NCBI GenBank assembly: GCA_934098395.1
Contig: CAKOOM010000001.1
Coordinates: 340,896-404,895 of the forward strand
Origin: an uncultured Bacilli bacterium
GTDB lineage: Bacteria; Bacillota_I; Bacilli_A; RF39; UBA660
Direction: 5' to 3'
Length of the DNA: 64,000 bases
Notes under the pieces: generated by a model
The model's input: only the letters and a program-made list of their open reading frames with translations
What the model was told of the DNA's origin: nothing
Databases searched by the model: none
Translations under genes and position numbers: made by a program
In this document: in pieces, positions 59,629 to 64,000 of the stretch
Numbering within the stretch: the stretch's first letter is position 1
Layout: each line of letters opens with the position of its first letter

Positions 59629-60231
59629 ATGAAGGATATAATAAACATAGATAAAACTATAAGTAGAGAATTGTTAAGAGATAAGGATAATTTATGGGAA
59701 GTATTACCAGAGATTAATAATTATATTATGAAGGTAGTAGATAAGAGTGGATATACGGAGATAGATAGTAATGTTTGGGTTGGAGAAAATGTTATAATAG
59801 ATAAATTATCTACGATAATAGGGCCATGTATAATAGGTAGTAATACAGAAGTTAGACCAGGAGCATATATTAGAGGAAATGCTATTATTGGAAAAAATTG
59901 TATTATCGGTAATAGTACAGAGATAAAGAATTCAATTATTTGTGATAATTGTCAGTTATCGCATTACAACTATGTTGGTGATTCTATTTTGGGATATAAT
60001 GTTCGATTAGGAGCAGGAGTAATACTTAGTAATTTAAAAATTAATAATAGAGAAAAAACAAAAATTGGTTCTATTATTGGGGATGATGTGATGATAGGAT
60101 GTAATAGTGTATTATATCCAGGGACGATTGTGGGAAAGAATACGGATATTTATCCTTTGGTAAGAGTAAGAGGGGTAATAGCTTCTAATAGTATTATGAA
60201 AGATGAGAATTTAGTAATAGAAAAAGAATAG
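59629..60231 (+). CDS. hexapeptide-repeat (left-handed beta-helix) protein, probable acyl/nucleotidyl-transferase-like
   Basis: Tandem [LIV]GxxxxI hexapeptides. Confidence 0.5.
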   Translation: MKDIINIDKTISRELLRDKDNLWEVLPEINNYIMKVVDKSGYTEIDSNVWVGENVIIDKLSTIIGPCIIGSNTEVRPGAYIRGNAIIGKNCIIGNSTEIKNSIICDNCQLSHYNYVGDSILGYNVRLGAGVILSNLKINNREKTKIGSIIGDDVMIGCNSVLYPGTIVGKNTDIYPLVRVRGVIASNSIMKDENLVIEKE

Positions 60232-60282
60232 GATGTTTAAAAAAGCTTCTTTTGTAACAATATAGTTATGAAAGGAGTTTTT

Positions 60283-61056
60283 ATGGCTAGATATAAAGTT
60301 GATATATGTGGAATTAATACGAGTAAATTAAAAGTTTTAAGTAATGAGGAGAACTATGAATTGTTTAAAAAGATGCAGGAAGGAGATCCATTTGCTAGAG
60401 ATGAGATAATTAATGGTAATTTAAAACTTGTTTTATCAATACTTAAGAAATTTAATAATAAAGTTGATAATTTGGATGATTTATTTCAGGTAGGGTGTTT
60501 GGGATTAGTTAAAGCAATAGATAATTTTGATATGTCTTATAATGTTACTTTGTCAACATATGCTTGTCCTTTGATAATAGGGGAAATGAAACGATATATT
60601 AGGGATAATATTTCTCTTAGAATATCTAGAAGTGTTAAGGATTTAGCTCATAAAGTAATAAAACTTAAGGAAGAATTAACTACAAGTGATGGAAGAGTAC
60701 CTAGTGATATGGAATTAGCTAAGATACTTGGAGTTAGTGAATATGAGATTGCTAATGCACTTACTTCACTTAAAGAACCTGTTAGTATGTATGAACCAAT
60801 ATATAATGATGGAGGGGATACGATATATTTAAGTGATCAGTTATCAATGCCAGAAGATAATTTTGATAAAGATTTAAGATTAGCGGTAGAAAAGGCAATG
60901 GAAGGGTTAAAAGTTAGAGAACTTAGAATACTAAAGGATAGATTTTTGATTGGAAAAACACAGATGGAGATAGCAGAAGAATTGGGAATATCACAGGCAC
61001 AAATATCAAGAATTGAAAAAAGTGCTATTAGTAATATCAAAAAATTAATTAAATAG
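60283..61056 (+). CDS. sigG: sporulation sigma factor SigG
   Basis: MARYKVDICGINTSKLKVL...DLFQVGCLGLVKAIDNFD...TQMEIAEELGISQAQISRIEK matches B. subtilis SigG (not SigF) as recalled; AAAGGAG RBS; followed by ylmC as in Bacillus. Confidence 0.8.
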   Translation: MARYKVDICGINTSKLKVLSNEENYELFKKMQEGDPFARDEIINGNLKLVLSILKKFNNKVDNLDDLFQVGCLGLVKAIDNFDMSYNVTLSTYACPLIIGEMKRYIRDNISLRISRSVKDLAHKVIKLKEELTTSDGRVPSDMELAKILGVSEYEIANALTSLKEPVSMYEPIYNDGGDTIYLSDQLSMPEDNFDKDLRLAVEKAMEGLKVRELRILKDRFLIGKTQMEIAEELGISQAQISRIEKSAISNIKKLIK

Positions 61057-61079
61057 AATATATTTAATTAGGTGGTAAT

Positions 61080-61304
61080 ATGAGATTATCTGATCTTCAG
61101 ATGAAAGAAATAGTTAATATTGTTGATGGAAAAAGAATAGGAGTAATAATAGATGCTGTAGTAGATGAGAAAGGGGTTATTACTAATTTAGTATTGGAAG
61201 AAAAAAGAGGAAGAAAATTTTCTAGAGAAGAATATAATATTTTATGGAAACAAATTGTTAAAATAGGGGATGATATTATTTTGGTAGATACGAGAAATAA
61301 ATAG
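61080..61304 (+). CDS. ylmC: YlmC/YmxH-family (PRC-barrel) sporulation protein
   Basis: DL.MKEIVNI.DGKRIG...NIVKIGDDIILVD pattern. Confidence 0.65.
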   Translation: MRLSDLQMKEIVNIVDGKRIGVIIDAVVDEKGVITNLVLEEKRGRKFSREEYNILWKQIVKIGDDIILVDTRNK

Positions 61305-61374
61305 CTAGTTTTGTCGAATATATAGAAATATAATTAAAAGAGTGATATTATCTAGATATGTAAAGGAGATAATG

Positions 61375-61473
61375 ATGCCAGATTATATTTTATTAGATGA
61401 TATTATTGATGATATGATAGATGATATATCATATATTAAACTTAGGACTTATCTTGATGTTAATGAAGAGTAA
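61375..61473 (+). CDS. 32-aa acidic peptide ORF with strong RBS (speculative)
   Basis: TAAAGGAG-N6-ATG; MMPDYILLDDIIDDMIDDISYIKLRTYLDVNEE. Confidence 0.2.
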   Translation: MPDYILLDDIIDDMIDDISYIKLRTYLDVNEE

Positions 61474-61517
61474 TTGAAAAATTATTCTTTTTATTTTATA
61501 ATTATATTGGTGATTAT

Positions 61518-62132
61518 ATGGATAATTATAAATATGAAAAAGAGTTATATAAAAAGGGAATTAAGTATATAGCAGGAGTAGATGAAGTAGGAAGAGGACC
61601 TTTAATAGGTGCAGTGGTAGCGGCGGCGGTTATTTTACCAAATGATTTTTATTTAGAGGGATTAACGGATTCGAAGAAATTATCTGAAAAGAAGAGAGAA
61701 GCTTTTTATAAAGTAATAATGGATAAGGCTTTAGCTGTAGGAATAGGGATTGTTTCTGAGAAGAGGATAGATGAGATAAATATTTATGAAGCTACGAAGG
61801 AAGCTATGATTATGGCTATTAATAATTTAAGTATTAAACCAGAACATGTTTTAATAGATGCGATGAAGTTAGATATAGATATAGATACGACATCTATTAT
61901 TAAGGGGGATTTACTTAGTGTAAGTATATCAGCAGCTTCAGTAGTGGCTAAAGTTACGAGAGATCATATGTTAATAGAGATGGATCGGGAATATCCAGTA
62001 TATGATCTTAAGAATAATAAGGGTTATGGTACGAAGAAACATATCGAAGCTATAAAGAAATATGGGATATGTAAGTATCATAGAAGAAGTTATAAACCGG
62101 TTAGTGATTATGCGGATAAGATATATGAATAA
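61518..62132 (+). CDS. rnhB: ribonuclease HII
   Basis: IAGVDEVGRGPLIGAVVAAAVILP catalytic DE motif. Confidence 0.85.
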   Translation: MDNYKYEKELYKKGIKYIAGVDEVGRGPLIGAVVAAAVILPNDFYLEGLTDSKKLSEKKREAFYKVIMDKALAVGIGIVSEKRIDEINIYEATKEAMIMAINNLSIKPEHVLIDAMKLDIDIDTTSIIKGDLLSVSISAASVVAKVTRDHMLIEMDREYPVYDLKNNKGYGTKKHIEAIKKYGICKYHRRSYKPVSDYADKIYE

Positions 62133-62196
62133 TATGTCTTTTTCTTGACATGAATATAAAAATAGATTAATATATTTTGTTAGAAAGAGAGAGAAA

Positions 62197-62661
62197 ATGA
62201 TGAAGAAGAATAATTATCCGATTAAATATGCGATAATGGCATTAGAAGAATATAAGGGTGATGAAGTAGATGCGAAGGATGTAGATAAAAACTTTGATAT
62301 ATATGCATATATAGTAAGTGAATGTTATTTGATAGGAGAGAGAATTATTTATTTACCAGATGGTGATAATAGACATAAATATGAAATAGTATATAGTTTT
62401 AATCCGGATACGGATGAAGAAGTATATCCGGAATATAGTAATAATGGAATATGTTATAATTCTGTTTTGGTAGATATGGTGTATGAAGATTTGGAATTAG
62501 CAATGATGCATGCACGTATGAAGAATGAGAAGTTAAAAATATATGAATTAAATAATAATGGATATATGGATATTAATAAAGCTTCACTTATGATAGATGA
62601 AATGTATTTATCAGCATATAAGAAAGAAGCTATGCAATTAAGTAGAAATTTAAAAAAATAG
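62197..62661 (+). CDS. hypothetical protein
   Basis: ORF track. Confidence 0.45.
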   Translation: MMKKNNYPIKYAIMALEEYKGDEVDAKDVDKNFDIYAYIVSECYLIGERIIYLPDGDNRHKYEIVYSFNPDTDEEVYPEYSNNGICYNSVLVDMVYEDLELAMMHARMKNEKLKIYELNNNGYMDINKASLMIDEMYLSAYKKEAMQLSRNLKK

Positions 62662-62677
62662 AATATTTGGGGGAAGT

Positions 62678-63625
62678 ATGAATATTTGTGAAAAGGCGGC
62701 ATTAGCTTCGATTAAGTTTGAGATGACTAATACAGAATTAAAGAGAAGATATTTAATTAATAATATAGAAAAGGTACATAGTATTATGGAGATTACTCCA
62801 GGATATAGTGGTACTTATGGTACAGGGTATCCTTTTTATGCTTTAAATAGTGAACTTTTAGGGGAATTGCCAATTATAATGGAACAAATAAGATATGATA
62901 ATGAATTGTTAGAAAATTGTTTGGGAATGAATACGGAGTGGTGTTGTGCTAATTGTTTAGAGAGAAATAGTCATTTAATGCCTGATTTGAAGAGAATATG
63001 TAAACCTTGTAAGAGAATAGATAATGATTTAAAACCGAGAAAGGTTATTAATAGATTACCGGATATAGATATGTGGATGGTATGTAATGATGATAATATA
63101 GATAAGGCAATGACTGAGATAGTGTTAGAATTAGATAAGAATAAAATGTATACATCAGATATAGATCCGGTTGGTACGATAAATAGTGTTTATCATATTG
63201 CATCAATACTTAGTGATAAGATGATGCCTAGTTATAGTTTACCAATTGATATTCATATAATTGAATATAGTAAGATATATGAATTATTATGTCAGATAGA
63301 GGGAGAGATCCAGTATAGTATTAATACAGGGCATATGCCTTATTTACCTATATTACCACATTCACTTAGAAAGACATGGCAATATGATGATGAAGCTTAT
63401 AATTTTGTATTAGATTATATGTTTAGTATGACACCATTTAATATGGATAATTTAATATATGAAAAATTAGTAGATACGAGATACAATATAGCTAATAGCT
63501 ATAGTTTAGAACAATTATATGATATATTTTATATGGTATCAGGAGAAGCTGTTAAGAGAAGATTTGATACGAAGGAATTAAAAAGAATATATGAGAGAAG
63601 GATTAATTCATGGAAAAGAAGATAG
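62678..63625 (+). CDS. hypothetical Cys-rich protein (zinc-ribbon-like CCANC...CKPCK)
   Basis: GGGGGAAG RBS. Confidence 0.45.
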   Translation: MNICEKAALASIKFEMTNTELKRRYLINNIEKVHSIMEITPGYSGTYGTGYPFYALNSELLGELPIIMEQIRYDNELLENCLGMNTEWCCANCLERNSHLMPDLKRICKPCKRIDNDLKPRKVINRLPDIDMWMVCNDDNIDKAMTEIVLELDKNKMYTSDIDPVGTINSVYHIASILSDKMMPSYSLPIDIHIIEYSKIYELLCQIEGEIQYSINTGHMPYLPILPHSLRKTWQYDDEAYNFVLDYMFSMTPFNMDNLIYEKLVDTRYNIANSYSLEQLYDIFYMVSGEAVKRRFDTKELKRIYERRINSWKRR

Positions 63626-64000
63626 ATTTACATATTCATACGAATTGTTCTGATGGGGATAATAGTATTTATGAAGTTATAGATATGGCTATAAATAATA
63701 AGTTAGATATGATATCTATTACTGATCATGATACGGTTATGGCATATAGTGATGAAGTATTTAAATATGCTTATGATAGAGGAATAGAACTTGTTACGGG
63801 GGTAGAGATATCAGTTAAATATAATAATGAAACAATACATGTACTTGGTTATAATATTGATGTTGAAAATGAAAATTTAAATATTAAGTTAGAAATGATA
63901 CGTAATCAAAGACATATTTATTTAAGGGATGTAGCTGATAAGTTTATGACACTTGGATATATAGTTAATGTAGATAGTTTGGATAAGATTGAAGCAGTTA
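63610..64000 (+). CDS. PHP-domain phosphoesterase (3'-partial)
   Basis: IDLHIHTNCSDG...ISITDHDT PHP motifs; runs off the window end. Confidence 0.55.
   Translation, partial: MEKKIDLHIHTNCSDGDNSIYEVIDMAINNKLDMISITDHDTVMAYSDEVFKYAYDRGIELVTGVEISVKYNNETIHVLGYNIDVENENLNIKLEMIRNQRHIYLRDVADKFMTLGYIVNVDSLDKIEAV

Noticed and set aside
34684-62702. Antisense ORFs inside host genes (34684-34878, 35685-36091, 36884-37246, 38246-38512, 41619-41852, 43509-45329, 47445-47651, 58446-58706, 59208-59408, 60837-61040, 62454-62702)
   Set aside because: Embedded opposite well-supported genes (sepF, clpB, priA, nfo, sigG and others); shadow ORFs.
1-64000. Mollicute-type genetic code (TGA = Trp), prompted by extreme AT content and the N-less ClpB
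   Set aside because: Long ORFs are intact under the standard code and several well-supported genes terminate with TGA (for example 27458-29323). Sporulation genes (sigG, ylmC, cotJ-like) argue for a Firmicute spore-former.
1-64000. CRISPR arrays, rRNA genes, transposase or IS elements, integrase
   Set aside because: No short regularly spaced repeats and no rRNA-like or transposase/recombinase-like ORFs were seen. The phage integrase and repressor are presumably left of the window start.

Overview
The sequence is very AT-rich, low-GC Firmicute DNA. Positions 1 to about 30,600-32,200 are the right-hand ~30 kb of a temperate phage (prophage) whose left end lies outside the window. Its genes are almost all on the + strand, in this order: a RecT / metallo-beta-lactamase / SSB recombination block; about 15 small early ORFs; a small RNA-ligase-family nucleotidyltransferase; an ArpU/RinA-like late regulator; a 420-bp structured non-coding region with a terminator; an HNH-like gene; terS and terL; portal; scaffold; HK97-like capsid. 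After the capsid come a 576-aa and a 355-aa virion protein, then a giant 2191-aa multidomain protein with two HExxH zincin motifs, then a fibre, a receptor-binding protein, two holin-like ORFs and an endolysin (M23 peptidase plus two CW_7 repeats). No tail sheath, tube, major tail protein, chaperone frameshift or ordinary tape measure is recognisable. At the right end the prophage appears to carry three minus-strand accessory genes: a zinc-ribbon HNH-like protein, a fused CotJA-CotJB spore-coat homolog and a small ORF. These have prophage-like rather than host-like codon usage. The rest of the window is chromosome of a spore-forming Firmicute (standard genetic code). Recognisable genes are trmB, sepF, a divIVA-domain gene, truA, tRNA-Cys(GCA), an N-domain-less clpB divergent from hsp20 with a CIRCE-like palindromic operator, priA, rlmD/rumA, typA, the ylbD-ylbE-ylbF-rsmD synteny, an orphan type IV pilin, nfo, guaD, a thermonuclease, sigG, ylmC and rnhB. 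Most worth a second look are the giant virion protein, the phage-borne CotJA-B fusion, the structured non-coding region upstream of terminase, the RNA-ligase gene, and a 1-kb insertion remnant bounded by 45-bp direct repeats that duplicates the 3' end of rlmD and carries an ORF6N-domain gene with an in-frame TAA. Every family assignment comes from reading motifs by eye and recalling homologs; nothing was searched or computed.
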